64,000 nt of DNA from an uncultured Actinomycetes bacterium (GTDB taxonomy: Bacteria > Actinomycetota > Thermoleophilia > Gaiellales > JALYLC01), in the NCBI GenBank assembly GCA_963713435.1, contig CAVQLU010000007.1, positions 601,960 through 665,959 on the forward strand, given 5' to 3'. Position numbers and translations under genes: made by a program. Shown here one piece after another: positions 38,236 to 49,958 of this stretch (the first letter of the stretch is position 1; each line of letters starts with the position of its first letter). The notes under the pieces were generated by a model. That model saw only the letters and a list, made by a program, of their open reading frames with translations, had not been told where the DNA came from and did no database searches.

Positions 38236-40900
38236 CTACCAGGTCTTGAGGCGCGCCGTGCCGCCGCCGCGACGCACGCGGATGCGGCGATCGATCGCGA
38301 CGCACCCGGTGCTCGTGGCGAGAACCGGATTGAGATCGAGCTCGCAGACTTCGGGCAGGTCGAGCGCCAGAGCCGAGAGACGATGGAGAAGATCTGCCAG
38401 CGCTGCCGCGTCGAGCGGAGCCTTGCCACGGAAGCCGGCGACGAGCCGTCCGACGGCACCACCGGTCACGAGCTCGTCGGCATCGACGTCCGTCAGCGGC
38501 GCAATGCCGATCGCGACGGCCGAGACGAGCTCGGCGAAGATGCCGCCGAGACCGAGGGCCACGAGCGGACCGAAGACGGGATCGTGGACGACGCCCGCGA
38601 TCAACTCGGTGCCCTCGAGCATCGGCTGCACGAGCACGCTTCCACCGATACGCGTGGCGGCAGCTCGCACGGCGGCCGCGTCACGGAGATCGAGTGCCAC
38701 GCCACCGGTCTCGGTCTTGTGTGCACCTGCGACCGCCGACTTGACCACGACCGCCCCGCCCAAGGATTCGGCTGCGAGCACCGCGTCGCGCGGTCCTTCT
38801 GCGAGTACCTCGGAGGCGAGCGGGATGCCGTAGGCCTCGAGCAGTCTCCTGCTCTGCCGGACATCGAGCCACGCCTCATCTGTGGCGCGGAGCGCCGTCA
38901 CGACGATGGCGCGAGCGGCCGCGCGGTCGACTCCGGTCAGTGTCGGTACGACACCTTCGCGCCGCCGCAGCCAGGCGGTCCTCTTCGCAGCTACGCCGAG
39001 CGCGGCTGCGGCACTCTCGGGAGAGGCGAACGTCGAGGCATTGACGAGCGGCTCATAGGCATCCGAGCCGGCATCCGCGAGCAGCACTGCGACCACGGGC
39101 TTCGTTCGTCCGGCCACGCCGGCAGCGCGGTCGATCACGTGTGCGACGTCCGTCGCGGTGGCGAGCACCGGACGTACGAACAGGATGCAGACGGCATCGA
39201 AGGCGGCATCCGCGAGGACGAGCGGCAACACGGCCTCGAAGGTCTCCGCGGTCGCCGAGCCAAGCAGATCGATGGGATTGGCGCGGCTGCTCTCGGCCGG
39301 CAAGACCGCCCTCAGCGCCTCGGCCGTCGCACGCGAGGGCGCGGGCAGCACCAGGCCCTGGCCTGCGCATGCGTCGGCAAAGAGGATGCCGAGGCCGCCG
39401 GCATTCGTCACGACGGCGACATTGGGGCCGAGCGGGAGCGGTTGCGACGAGAGCAGGGCGGCGGCGTCGAGGAATTCCGAAAGCGTCTTGACGCGGAGGA
39501 CGCCGGCCTGATGGAAGAGCGCGTCGACGGCCGCGTCGGAGCTCGCGAGCGCCGCCGTGTGGGAGGCGGCTGCACGTGCCCCTGCGGCGGTCGCGCCGCC
39601 TTTGAGCGCCAGCACGGGCTTCCTCCGCGCCACCCGGCGGGCGACGCGCCCGAAGCGGAGAGGATTGCCGAAGCTCTCGAGATACAACGCCACGACCGCG
39701 GTGGCCCCATCGTCCTCCCAGTACTCCAACAGGTCATTGGAGCTCACGTCGGCCTTGTTGCCGAGAGACACGAAATCCGAGAGACCGAGTCCGCGCGCAC
39801 GGGCCTGCTCCACGACGGCGAGGCCGAGCGCCCCGCTCTGGGAGGCGAATCCCACATCGCCGGGCGGAAGCGGGCCGGCGGCGAACGTGGCGTTGAGCTG
39901 GTGCGCGGATGAAGCGACACCGAGGCAGTTCGGGCCGATGAGGCGCCCGCCGTGAGCCCGCACGGCGTCCATCAGCGCCTTCTGTCGAGCGGCGCCCTCG
40001 GGTCCCACCTCGGCGAAGCCGGCGGAGATGACGCAGACAGAGCGAACGCCCGCCGCGAGCGCGTCATGCGCGGCGGCGAGCACCCCGTCGGCCGGCACGC
40101 AGATGAGCGCGAGATCGACCCGCGGACTCGCATCCGCGAGAGTGGTCGCTCCCGGCACTCCCCCCACGGCCTCCCCGCGCAGGTTGACCGGAACGACGGG
40201 TCCGGGAAAGTGCCCTGCGAGCACGTTCCTGAAGAGCTCGCCTCCGATCGTGCCTCGGCGCGCCGACGCGCCATACACGGCGATCCCCGCGGGCGCGAGG
40301 AATGCACGAAGGGAAGCTGCGACACCGACGTGATCGCGATCGTCAACCCGTTCGACGTAGTCACGCGTCGGCTCGATCGACATCGTCGCCTCGATCACCC
40401 CGCGAGTCGCCCGCTGTTCCACGGAGAAGCCCGAGCCTGCCACCACTCCGAGCATCTGACGGTTGCCGTGCAGGATCTCGAAAACGAGTCGCTGGATCCC
40501 TGCTGCGGCAGCGCGCCCGGCGAGTTGCTCGAGGAGCCGTGTCCCGACCCCGATGCCCTGCATCTCGTCGGAGACGGCGAATGCCACCTCGGCAGCACGT
40601 GGCATCGCGCAAGCGGTCGAAGCTCGCGAGAGCCACCACGCGTTCGTCACCGCCCTCGCCGAGCACGCCGATCAGCGCCCCGCGGGAACTCCAGTCGGGT
40701 TCGAGAAATGGCTCGATCAGGCTTGCTCGGGCCTGCACGGTCGCGTGAAAGCGCTGGGACATGCTGTGTGGCGAGAGCGCCGCGAGGAATGCCGTCAGCG
40801 CGTCGCGATCGGAACGGCACGGCTCCCGCAGGCGAAGCGTCCGGCCATCGCGCAGGATCACGTCGGCAACGACGCGATTCGAGCGTTCAGCAGTAGACAC
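38236..40900 (-). pseudogene. Pat-like protein: an N-terminal GNAT acetyltransferase fused to an NDP-forming acyl-CoA synthetase-like region (CoA-binding + ATP-grasp). One frame switch lies near 40590-40600.
   Basis: The N-terminus VSTAERSNRVVADVILRDGRTLRLREP... comes from ORF 40361..40900. AEVAFAVSDEMQGIGVGTRLLEQL (GNAT motif A), GIAVYGAS, IGPNCLG and FVSLGNKAD then follow in ORF 38236..40650. Confidence 0.8.
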
Positions 40901-41073
40901 AGGACCAGCCGTGCGCGGCGACGCCGATGAGCGTCCCCGCCTTGGCGCATGTGCCTAGATCCTCCCGGCTGCCTCTCATATGTCGAGGATGCCGTGGCAG
41001 AGGCCGGATGCCATCAGTGCCTGCACGCGTCGAGACTACGGGTGTCCCGCACTGCTGTATCGTCGGCGGCGGC

Positions 41074-41691
41074 GTGATCAAGGTCATCCTCGTCGACGAC
41101 CACCAACTCGTCCGCAGCGGCGTTCGTCGAGTGCTGGAGGCGACCGAGCGCTTCGACATCGTCGGCGAGGCGTCCGGCGTCCGTGAGGCGCTCGACCGTG
41201 CACGGGTCCTGCGCCCTGATGTGGTTGTGCTCGACCTGGGGCTGCGCGACGGTTCCGGACTCGATGCGATCGCGACGTTGCGCGAGGGTGGCGCACGCGT
41301 TGTGATCCTGTCGATGCAGGACGAGCCTGCCTACGCGCGCAAGGCCTTCGAGCTCGGTGCACAGGGCTATGTCATCAAAGACGCCGCCGACGAGGAGCTG
41401 GCGGGGGCCATCGACGCGGTACTCGCCGATCGCATCTATGTGCACCCGGCGCTGGCCGCCCGCCTGGTGATGAACGAGCCCGAGGACGATCTGACCGAGC
41501 GCGAGCGGCAGATTCTGCGCCTGATCGCGCTCGGCTACACGAACCAGGAAATCGCTGGGCAGCTGTATCTGAGCGTCCGGACGATCGAAGCTCATCGCCG
41601 GCACATCCTCGACAAGCTCCGGCTCTCCACGCGAGCCGACCTTGTCCGCTACGCGCTCGAGCACCGCATCGTCGAGCTCGCATCACCCTGA
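41074..41691 (+). CDS. NarL/LuxR-family response regulator (DevR/DosR-like).
   Basis: VILVDDHQLVR, DVVVLDLGL (phospho-acceptor Asp), VVILSMQDE and GYVIKD are present. The C-terminal HTH is LTERERQILRLIALGYTNQEIAGQLYLSVRTIEAHR. I choose the GTG start at 41074. Confidence 0.85.
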   Translation: MIKVILVDDHQLVRSGVRRVLEATERFDIVGEASGVREALDRARVLRPDVVVLDLGLRDGSGLDAIATLREGGARVVILSMQDEPAYARKAFELGAQGYVIKDAADEELAGAIDAVLADRIYVHPALAARLVMNEPEDDLTERERQILRLIALGYTNQEIAGQLYLSVRTIEAHRRHILDKLRLSTRADLVRYALEHRIVELASP

Positions 41692-41761
41692 GCCGAACAC
41701 ATCGCCGAGGCGGCAGCAGAGTGTGCGCAGGCAGCAGGCGTCACGACGACGCCTTCGGCTT

Positions 41762-41785
41762 CGGGAAAACCGCAGAGAGGTTTCG
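41762..41785 (+). promoter_or_regulatory. CGGGAAAACCGCAGAGAGGTTTCG, a candidate operator about 100 bp upstream of the USP/ATPase/xfp operon.
   Basis: It shares a half-site with 38192-38217, 53693-53708 and 60039-60053. Confidence 0.35.
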
Positions 41786-41873
41786 ATGTCCTCCCCGATG
41801 TTGGCCAAGCCATCGCTCAGGGATGCTCTCGGCATACCCGAGTCGAGCTCGGGACATTCGAGAGGAAGACGTC

Positions 41874-42347
41874 ATGAAGAAGATCATGGTTGCCACCGAC
41901 GGCAGCGAATCCGCCGCCGCTGCGGAGGATGCAGCGATCGAGCTCGCGCAGCAGATGGGAGCGAAGCTTCACGTGCTCGCCGTGCGTCCGCCGGTCGTAC
42001 ACGGGCGAGCAGGCTCGGGCCCGGCCATGACCGAGATCGAGGAATTGCACGGCTCCGACCACATCGCCGAGGAAGCGGCTCGACGCGCCCGCGCAAGCGG
42101 CGTGGAGGCAGTGCCGCACGCCAGTCATGGATCGACGGCAGAGGGCATCGTCCCGGCCACGGTGGCAGAGCGCATCGTCCAGGTGGCGACCGAGCTCGGA
42201 GTTGAGCTGATCGTGGTCGGGTCGCGCGGAATGGGCGCCATCCACGGCGCGCTCGTCGGCAGCGTTTCCCACGCCCTCGTGAGCCGTTCGCCGGTTCCGG
42301 TCATGATCGTGCGTCACACGGCCGTTCCGGCTGCCGTCCAGTCGTGA
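41874..42347 (+). CDS. Universal stress protein (UspA family).
   Basis: GAGAGGAAG lies upstream of the ATG. MKKIMVATDGSESA and VVGSRGMGAIHGALVGSVSHALVSRSPVPV are present. Confidence 0.9.
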   Translation: MKKIMVATDGSESAAAAEDAAIELAQQMGAKLHVLAVRPPVVHGRAGSGPAMTEIEELHGSDHIAEEAARRARASGVEAVPHASHGSTAEGIVPATVAERIVQVATELGVELIVVGSRGMGAIHGALVGSVSHALVSRSPVPVMIVRHTAVPAAVQS

Positions 42348-42360
42348 GTCGAGACGCCCG

Positions 42361-45075
42361 GTGGCCGGTTCCGGCATGTTGTCGCCTCCGGCCTCGGGTC
42401 GTCCGGTAACGCCATCCCGTGGGGCGACGGAGATCGCGGCGGCACCTGGCGGGCTGGACGCCGCAACCGCGGCACACCTGCCGATCCCGGAAGTTCTTTC
42501 CCTGCTCGCGAGCAGCGGCCATGGCCTGAGCGACGCAGAAGCCGCCGTGAGGCTCCGCAGCGTCGGGCGGAACGCGCTCGCCGTGCGGCGAGTCTCGGCC
42601 ATCGCCGTGTTCATGCGCCAGGTGCGGAACCCGTTGCTCCTGCTGCTCCTGGCCGCGGCGGCGGTCTCGGGCCTCACGGGCGACCCCACGGACGCCGCGA
42701 TCATCGCCGCGATCGTGGTGCTGAGCGTCGGCCTGAGCTTCTTCAACGAGTACCGAGCCGCGAACGCCGTCGCCGCGCTGCATCGCGACCTGCATCACAT
42801 GGCGCTCGTGTGGCGCGGGGGCGCACAGATCTCGATCGACGTGACCGATCTCGTGCCGGGCGACATCGTCGCGCTCCGCGTCGGCGACATCGTTCCTGCA
42901 GACCTGCGCTTGCTCGACGTGACGCAGCTCGAATGCGACGAGGCAGTGCTCACGGGTGAGTCGCTCCCGGTCGAGAAGACGACCGCGGCCTCGGCAGGCG
43001 ACTCGCCGCTGGATCTGCCGTCGTGCGCGTTCATGGGAACGGTCGTGCACCAGGGCGCGGGACGCGGCGTCGTCGTCTCGACGGGCAAGGCGACCGCCTT
43101 CGGCGCGATTGCCGCAGGGCTCTCCGAACGGCAGGCCGAGACGGCGTTCCAGGTTGGCCTGCGCGACTTCTCGAGCCTGCTCGTGAAGGTCGCCGGCGTT
43201 CTCTGCGTGTCGATCTTCATCATCAACGTCGCGCTCGCGCGACCGCTGGTCGAAGCGCTGCTGTTCTCGCTCGCGATCGCAATCGGCATCACCCCCCAGC
43301 TGCTGCCGGCCATCGTCTCGGTCAGCCTCGCGAGCGGGTCGCGCCGGCTGGCGCGCAAGCGCGTGCTCGTGAAGCGCCTCGTCACGATCGAGGATCTCGG
43401 CAACATCGAGATCCTCTTCACCGACAAGACCGGAACCCTGACCGAGGGCGCAATCACGTTCCGCGAGGCGCTCGATTGCGCGGGGGCTGCGAGCGCGAGC
43501 ACGCTCGCGTACGGCCTGCTCTGCAACGAGACGACGATGACCGATGCCGGCCCCGTCGGCGGCAATGCGCTCGATCTCGCGCTCGTCTCGGCGCCGGAGG
43601 CCGCCTCCCCGCTGGTCGCGGCCGGCGCGAGTGCCTGTCAGCGCCTGGGCCTCCTGCCATTCGACCACGAGCGTCAGCTCGCCTCCGTCGTCGTCCGCTC
43701 GGCGGGAGGCGTCACTCTGGTCACCAAGGGCGCTCCCGAGGCGGTGCTGGCGCGCTGTGCCGATGTGCCGGCGGCCGCCCACCGCGTGCTCGAGCAGCTC
43801 TTCGCCGACGGCGCGCGCGTGGTCGCCGTGGCGACGCGTCCGGCGCCTGGGCTCGGAGCACCGGCGCCGGAGGATGAACGCGATCTGCACCTCGAAGGGT
43901 TTCTCAGCTTCGTCGATCGCCCGAAGCCCGATGCCGGCCAAGCGGTCGGCGAGCTCGCGAGCCTCGGCATTGCAGTCAAGATCATCACCGGGGACAACGG
44001 CACCGTGGCCGGCAAGGTCTGCCGCGACATCGGCATCGCGGTCGACGGCACCCTGACAGGAGGCGAGGTCGATCACCTGAGCGACGACGAGCTTGCCGCG
44101 GCGATCCCGTCGACGACGATCTTCGCGCGTGTCGGGCCCGATCAGAAGTCGCGGCTGATCAGGATCGCGCGGCGCACGGGCGCCGACGTCGCCTTCCTCG
44201 GAGATGGAGTCAACGACGCCGTTGCTCTGCACGCCGCAGACGTCGGCATCTCGGTCGACTCGGCGACCGAGGTCGCGAAGGATGCGGCCGACATCGTGCT
44301 GCTCGACAAGGACCTCGGCGTGCTGGCCGACGGCGTGCGCGAAGGGCGGCGCATCTTCGCCAATACCCTCAAGTACGTCCTCATGGCGACGTCGTCGAAC
44401 TTCGGCAACATGTTCAGCGCAGCGGGCGCGTCGCTCTTTCTCTCGTTCCTGCCGATGCTCCCGTCGCAGATCCTGCTCAACAACCTGCTCTACGACGTCG
44501 GTCAGATGGCGATCCCGAGCGACCGGGTCGACCCCGAGACCGTTACGCGCCCAGCGGCCTGGGACATCGGGTTCGTGCGCAAGTTCATGATGGTCTTCGG
44601 GCCCGTCAGCTCGATCTTCGATTTCGCGACGTTCTTCGTGATGCTCGTGATCCTGAACGCCGGCCACAGCGAGTTCCGGAGCGGCTGGTTCGTGGAGTCG
44701 CTGGCGACGCAGACGCTCGTGATCTTCGTCATCCGCACCCGGCGTGTTCCGTTCCTGCGCAGCCGTCCGAGCCGCCTGATGATCATCCTTCCGATCAGCT
44801 GCGCGACGATCGGCGCCCTCCTGCCCTTCACGCCGATCGCCTCTGCGCTCGGCTTCGCCGCGCTCCCGCTCGCCTTCTTCCTGATCCTGCTCGGCATGAT
44901 CGCCACCTATCTCGTGCTCGTCGAACTCGTCAAGGCGCGCTTCTACGCTGCGCACGAACGGCCGCGGCGGCAGCGCCCGACCAGTGAGCAGAAACGGCAC
45001 CGTCACATCCACCGCCGCGCGCGGCGCTTCACACATCACGCGTCCTTCGCACCGGCACTGAGGAGTCAGCCATGA
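42361..45075 (+). CDS. Cation-transporting P-type ATPase, MgtA-like.
   Basis: This is an intact 904-aa ORF with TGESLPV, DKTGTLT, TGDN and [10 protein letters not shown]. About 10 TM segments are visible. Confidence 0.85.
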   Translation: MAGSGMLSPPASGRPVTPSRGATEIAAAPGGLDAATAAHLPIPEVLSLLASSGHGLSDAEAAVRLRSVGRNALAVRRVSAIAVFMRQVRNPLLLLLLAAAAVSGLTGDPTDAAIIAAIVVLSVGLSFFNEYRAANAVAALHRDLHHMALVWRGGAQISIDVTDLVPGDIVALRVGDIVPADLRLLDVTQLECDEAVLTGESLPVEKTTAASAGDSPLDLPSCAFMGTVVHQGAGRGVVVSTGKATAFGAIAAGLSERQAETAFQVGLRDFSSLLVKVAGVLCVSIFIINVALARPLVEALLFSLAIAIGITPQLLPAIVSVSLASGSRRLARKRVLVKRLVTIEDLGNIEILFTDKTGTLTEGAITFREALDCAGAASASTLAYGLLCNETTMTDAGPVGGNALDLALVSAPEAASPLVAAGASACQRLGLLPFDHERQLASVVVRSAGGVTLVTKGAPEAVLARCADVPAAAHRVLEQLFADGARVVAVATRPAPGLGAPAPEDERDLHLEGFLSFVDRPKPDAGQAVGELASLGIAVKIITGDNGTVAGKVCRDIGIAVDGTLTGGEVDHLSDDELAAAIPSTTIFARVGPDQKSRLIRIARRTGADVAFLGDGVNDAVALHAADVGISVDSATEVAKDAADIVLLDKDLGVLADGVREGRRIFANTLKYVLMATSSNFGNMFSAAGASLFLSFLPMLPSQILLNNLLYDVGQMAIPSDRVDPETVTRPAAWDIGFVRKFMMVFGPVSSIFDFATFFVMLVILNAGHSEFRSGWFVESLATQTLVIFVIRTRRVPFLRSRPSRLMIILPISCATIGALLPFTPIASALGFAALPLAFFLILLGMIATYLVLVELVKARFYAAHERPRRQRPTSEQKRHRHIHRRARRFTHHASFAPALRSQP

Positions 45076-47463
45076 GCCGCACGAGCGAACCGAGCGCCAC
45101 GGAACCCCTGACTGCCGACGACCTTGCCCGGCTCGACGCCTGGTGGCGCGCGGCCAACTACCTCGCGGTCGGGCAGATCTACCTGCTCGCCAACCCGCTG
45201 CTGCGCGAGCCCTTGCGCCCCGAGCACATAAAGCCCCGCCTGCTCGGCCACTGGGGAACGACACCCGGCCTCAATCTGCTCTACGCGCATATCAACAGGC
45301 TCATCCGGCTGCACGATGCGGACGCGTTGTTCATCGCCGGGCCCGGGCACGGCGGCCCGGCGATGTGCGCAAGCACATGGCTCGAGGGCTCCTACACGCA
45401 GCACTGGCCCTCGGTCACGCAGGACGAGGCCGGCATGCAGAAGCTCTTCCGGCAGTTCTCGTTCCCGGGCGGAGTGCCGAGCCATGTCGCGCCCGAGACT
45501 CCGGGATCGATTCACGAGGGCGGAGAGCTCGGCTACGCGCTCAGCCACGCCTATGGCGCCGCTCTCGACAACCCGGATCTGCTCGTCGCCTGCGTGATCG
45601 GCGACGGCGAGGCAGAGACGGGCCCGCTTGCGGCCAGCTGGCACGCGAACAAGTTCCTCGATCCGGCGACCGACGGAGCGGTGCTGCCGATCCTGCATCT
45701 GAACGGCTGGAAGATCGCCAATCCGACCGTGCTCGCCCGCATCGGCGACGACGAGCTCGCCGACCTGCTGCGCGGCTACGGGCATCGCGCGATCTTCGTC
45801 AGCGGCGACGAGCCCGCGCGTGTTCATCAAGCGCTGGCGGCGGCGATGGACGAGGCCTACGCAGACATCCGCCGGTTCCAGCGCGAGGCGCGCGAGCACG
45901 GCACGAGCGAGCGCCCGCGCTGGCCGGCAATCATCCTGCGCACGCCAAAAGGCTGGACCGGGCCCGCGAAGGTCGACGGAGTCCAGGTCGAGGGCACGTG
46001 GCGCGCACACCAGGTACCGCTGGCGGGCACGCGTGAGAACCCCGAGCACCTCGCAGCTCTGGAGCGCTGGATGCGGACCTACCGGCCGGAGGAGCTCTTC
46101 GACGACGACGGCCGCCCTGTTGCGGCGATCCGCGCGCTCGCCCCGGGCGAGCCGAAGCGCATGGGCTCGAGCCGGCACGCGAACGGCGGGGAGCTCCTGC
46201 GCGAGCTCGACCTCCCCGACTTCCGCGAGTTCGGGGTCGCGGTGGCGCAGCCGGGAGGCGCGACGAGCGAGGCGACGCGCGTCCTCGGAAGCTACCTCCG
46301 AGAGGTCATGCGACGGAGCTCCGAGGCGCGCAACTTCCGCCTCGTCGGCCCCGACGAGACGGTCTCCAATCGCCTCGGCGCGGTGCTCGAGGTGACGAGC
46401 CGGGCCTGGATGGGCGAGCGGTCTGCGACTCGACGAGGGCCTCGCAGCCGACGGGCGCGTGATGGAGATCCTCTCCGAGCACGTCTGCCAGGGGTGGCTC
46501 GAGGGCTATCTCCTCACCGGCCGCCACGGCATGTTCTCCTGCTACGAGGCGTTCATCCACATCGTCGACTCCATGTTCAATCAGCACGCGAAATGGCTCA
46601 AGGTCACGCGCGGCATCCCGTGGAGGCAGCCCATCGCGTCGCTCAACTATCTGCTCACCTCACATGTCTGGCGCCAGGATCACAACGGCTTCTCACATCA
46701 GGATCCCGGCTTCATCGACCACGTCATGAACAAGAAGGCCGAGGTGATTCGCGTCTACCTGCCGCCCGACGCGAACTGCCTGCTCTCCGTCGCCGATCAC
46801 TGCCTGCGCAGCCGCAACTACGTCAACGTCATCGTGGCCGGCAAGCAGCCGGCACCGACCTGGCTGACGATCGAGGCGGCTGCCGATCATTGCGCGCGCG
46901 GGCTCGGCGTGTGGGACTGGGCATCCTGCGAGGGCGAAGAGGATCCCGACCTCGTCATGGCCTGCGCCGGCGACGTCCCCACGCTCGAGACGCTGGCCGC
47001 CGTGAGCATGCTCCGCACGCGCTTTCCGCAGCTTCGGGTGCGCGTCGTGAACGTGGTCGATCTCATGCGCCTGCAACCGGCGGGCGAGCACCCGCACGGT
47101 CTCTCGGACGCCGATTTCGACGCCATCTTCACGACCGACAAGCCGGTGATCTTCGCCTATCACGGGTATCCGTGGCTGATCCACCGCCTCACCTACCGCC
47201 GCACGAATCACGGCAACTTTCACGTTCGCGGCTACAGGGAGGAAGGCACGACGACCACGCCGTTCGACATGGTCATGCTCAACGAGCTCGACCGCTTCCA
47301 TCTCGTGATGGACGCGATCGATCGCGTGCCGCAGCTCGGCGGCCACGCGGTGGTCGACCGCCAGGCGATGGTCGACGCGCGCGCCGAGGCACGGCGCCAT
47401 ACGCGAGAGACCGGCGCGGACATCGCGGAGGTCACCGATTGGTCGTGGTCGCCGACGGGCTGA
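45072..47463 (+). pseudogene. xfp: Xylulose-5-P/fructose-6-P phosphoketolase with a single frame switch near 46421-46430.
   Basis: [30 protein letters not shown] and GDGEAETG are present. After the switch come [24 protein letters not shown] and FSHQDPGF (ORF 46459..47463). The ATGA start overlaps the ATPase stop. Confidence 0.9.
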
Positions 47464-47478
47464 GCCCGTCGGCGGTAC

Positions 47479-49119
47479 TCAGGCGCCGGTGAGGTCGCGG
47501 CGTTCGAACAGCGCGATCGACGCAGCGACCGCGAGCGCCGCGATGGCGAGCATGGCGGCCGCCGCAGGCAGCCTGAAGGCGTGGATCGGGACGAGCCCGA
47601 CATGCTGGAACGGCGAGAGCCCGAGCGTCCAGGCCGGCGCGCCGAGCAGCTCGCCCAGGAGGTTCCAGATGAACGCCGCGACCACGACGCCATACGCGAC
47701 GGTCGTCGTCGCCCGCGGGATCACCGCGAATGCCAGGCAGGCCAGCGCCAGGAAGAGGATGGCCGCAGGCAGGCAGTTCGCACCTGCCTCGAGCATCCGG
47801 GCAAGCGAGACGTCGGCACTCTGCGACGCGGCTCCCGCCCAGGCCAGCGCCCCGGCCGCCAGCGCGAGCGCGCTCGCGCCGCCGATCGCGAGCAGGAGTC
47901 GGCCGACGAGCCAGCGACGACGGCTGACCGGGCTCGCGAACAGCGTCTCGAGCCGCTGCTCGGCCTCCTCGTGTCGTGCGGCAACGATCTGCGCGCTCAT
48001 GAACAGGCTGATCACGAGCACGAAGAAGACGAAGTAGAAGCTGAGGGCGCCTGTGGCCGAGAGCAGCGACGCGCCACCGAGCTTCGCGAGGTCGTGCTGC
48101 ATCTTGCTGGACAGTCCCGACGCGAACGAATCCGAGATGACGCCCACCACGAACGCGAACAGCCCGACGCCCGCCAGCCAGGCGATCAGCGTGCCGACCT
48201 CACCGCGCAAGGCCTGGGCGAGCGGTGAGGACAGCAGCGCGAGCCTCGGCTCGGATGCGTCACGCGTCTGCAGGACACCGGAGCCGACATCGCGCCGGAG
48301 AGCGATGGCCATCGCGACAGCCAGGAGGGCGATGGCGACGCACGGCGAGAGCATCAGCACGACGGGTCGCGGCCCTGCGAACGCCCGCAACTCCTCGACC
48401 CATCCGAGCGGCGTCGCCCAGCGGAGCCAGCCTGTCCCCGTCGTGGTGTCGGCGATCACGCGCAGCGCGAAGGCGATCCCGACCACCGACAGCGACAGCG
48501 ACAGCGCGAGGCGCCGGTTTGGCGCGAGCTGACTTGCGAGCGCACCCACGCCGACGAAGACGGGGATCGGCGACACGACGGCGAGCGCGAGGAACGCCGC
48601 TCCTTGCAGCGGAAGTCGTGTCAGGGCGAGCCCGGCGAACATCGCACACCAGAGGATCGCAGCGCCGATCGCGATGGCGGCGAGGGCGGAGAGAAACACC
48701 CGCCGGCGGCTGACCGGGCCTGCCAGCAGCAGCTCATGGCGTCCCGTGTCCTCTTCCGAACGCAGGGCGCGAAGGGCCGCGAGCACGCCCCAGATCGCCG
48801 CGAACAGCGACATGAAGCCGCCGACGCGCCAGCTGACGTAGCCGCCGACGCTGAGCAGATCGTGCGGGACGCCGTAGAAGAGCCGGACGGCGTTGTTGTC
48901 GCCGAACGTGCGAGCGAACGCGATGCGGTCGGCACGCGTGGGATACGAATCGCGGTAGCCGACAACCTGCGCCGCGGCGACCGCGGCGAACAGGAGCGCG
49001 AACGATGCCGTGCGGGCACGCGAGTCGGCGAGCGCGCGCACCGTCAGCGCGCTAGTCGCGGACATCGTCCGCGCGTGAATCGTAATGATGGATGAAGATC
49101 TCCTCGAGCGACGGCTCAC
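47479..49119 (-). CDS. ABC transporter permease, ABC-2-like, with about 12 TM segments.
   Basis: This is an intact 546-aa hydrophobic ORF. Its start overlaps the upstream ATPase-subunit stop. Confidence 0.7.
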   Translation of the reverse strand: MSRRSRRSSSIITIHARTMSATSALTVRALADSRARTASFALLFAAVAAAQVVGYRDSYPTRADRIAFARTFGDNNAVRLFYGVPHDLLSVGGYVSWRVGGFMSLFAAIWGVLAALRALRSEEDTGRHELLLAGPVSRRRVFLSALAAIAIGAAILWCAMFAGLALTRLPLQGAAFLALAVVSPIPVFVGVGALASQLAPNRRLALSLSLSVVGIAFALRVIADTTTGTGWLRWATPLGWVEELRAFAGPRPVVLMLSPCVAIALLAVAMAIALRRDVGSGVLQTRDASEPRLALLSSPLAQALRGEVGTLIAWLAGVGLFAFVVGVISDSFASGLSSKMQHDLAKLGGASLLSATGALSFYFVFFVLVISLFMSAQIVAARHEEAEQRLETLFASPVSRRRWLVGRLLLAIGGASALALAAGALAWAGAASQSADVSLARMLEAGANCLPAAILFLALACLAFAVIPRATTTVAYGVVVAAFIWNLLGELLGAPAWTLGLSPFQHVGLVPIHAFRLPAAAAMLAIAALAVAASIALFERRDLTGA

Positions 49120-49958
49120 GGCTCGTCAGCGCACGCCACGGGGTACGCTGCGAGCGCCGCGATCAGCGGGCCGACGCTCCCCGTCACCTCGCAGCGGAGG
49201 GCGTTCGCACCCGCGGCGATGACGTGCACACCTGGAAGCGGCGGAAGACTGGGCGCCGGCCCCTCGAAGGCGACCTCCACGGTCTGGGCGACGAGGTGCC
49301 GGAGGTCGGCCAGCGTGCCCTCGTCGACGAGGCGTCCCTCGCGCAGAATGCCGACGCGGTCGCAGAGCGCCTCGACCTCGCTGAGGATGTGCGACGAGAG
49401 AAACACCGTCTGGCCGCGCCCCTTCGCCTCGAGCACCGTCTCGCGAAAGGCCATTTCCATGAGCGGATCGAGCCCGGCCGTCGGCTCGTCGAGAATCAGG
49501 AGTTCGGCGCGGGTGGCGAACGCAGCGACGAGCTGCACCTTCTGCCGGTTGCCCTTCGAGAGCGCTCGCACCTTTTTCCGGGTGTCGAGCTGGAACCGCT
49601 CGACGAGCACGTCACGATAGGCCGTGTCGGTCCCCCCGCGCACCTTCGCCATGAACTCGAACGTCTCGGCGCCGGTCAGGCTCGGCCAGAGCATCGGCTC
49701 TCCCGCGACATACGCCACCCGGCGATGCGCAGCCACCGCTTCGCTCCAGGCATCCAGGCCGAAAACCTCAGCGCGGCCGGCGCTCGGGCGATGCAATCCG
49801 AGCAGGAGCCTGATGGTCGTGGTCTTGCCCGCTCCGTTGGGTCCGAGGAAGCCGTAGACCTCGCCCGCCGCGATGGAGAGCTCGAGCGAATCGAGCGCGA
49901 GCGTGCCCCCGTAACGCTTCGAGAGTCCGTGCGCGGTGATCGCATCCACGTCAGGCAA
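49116..49958 (-). CDS. ABC transporter ATP-binding protein.
   Basis: Walker A GPNGAGKTT, the signature LSKGNRQKV and Walker B LLILDEP are present. Confidence 0.9.
   Translation of the reverse strand: MPDVDAITAHGLSKRYGGTLALDSLELSIAAGEVYGFLGPNGAGKTTTIRLLLGLHRPSAGRAEVFGLDAWSEAVAAHRRVAYVAGEPMLWPSLTGAETFEFMAKVRGGTDTAYRDVLVERFQLDTRKKVRALSKGNRQKVQLVAAFATRAELLILDEPTAGLDPLMEMAFRETVLEAKGRGQTVFLSSHILSEVEALCDRVGILREGRLVDEGTLADLRHLVAQTVEVAFEGPAPSLPPLPGVHVIAAGANALRCEVTGSVGPLIAALAAYPVACADEP

Noticed and set aside
42348-42360. An Mg2+ (M-box) riboswitch or leader upstream of the MgtA-like ATPase.
   Set aside because: Only 13 nt separate the ATPase start from the preceding USP stop. There is no room for a riboswitch, so the gene is probably co-transcribed with the USP.
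42301-45264. A 987-aa minus-strand ORF antisense to the P-type ATPase. Similar cases are 23480..26227 (+), 37624..39912 (+), 49936..51846 (+) and 35532..36800 (-).
   Set aside because: These are shadow ORFs. Their translations are Arg/Asp/Gly/His-rich and low in complexity, with no motifs. The opposite strand encodes intact, motif-rich proteins.
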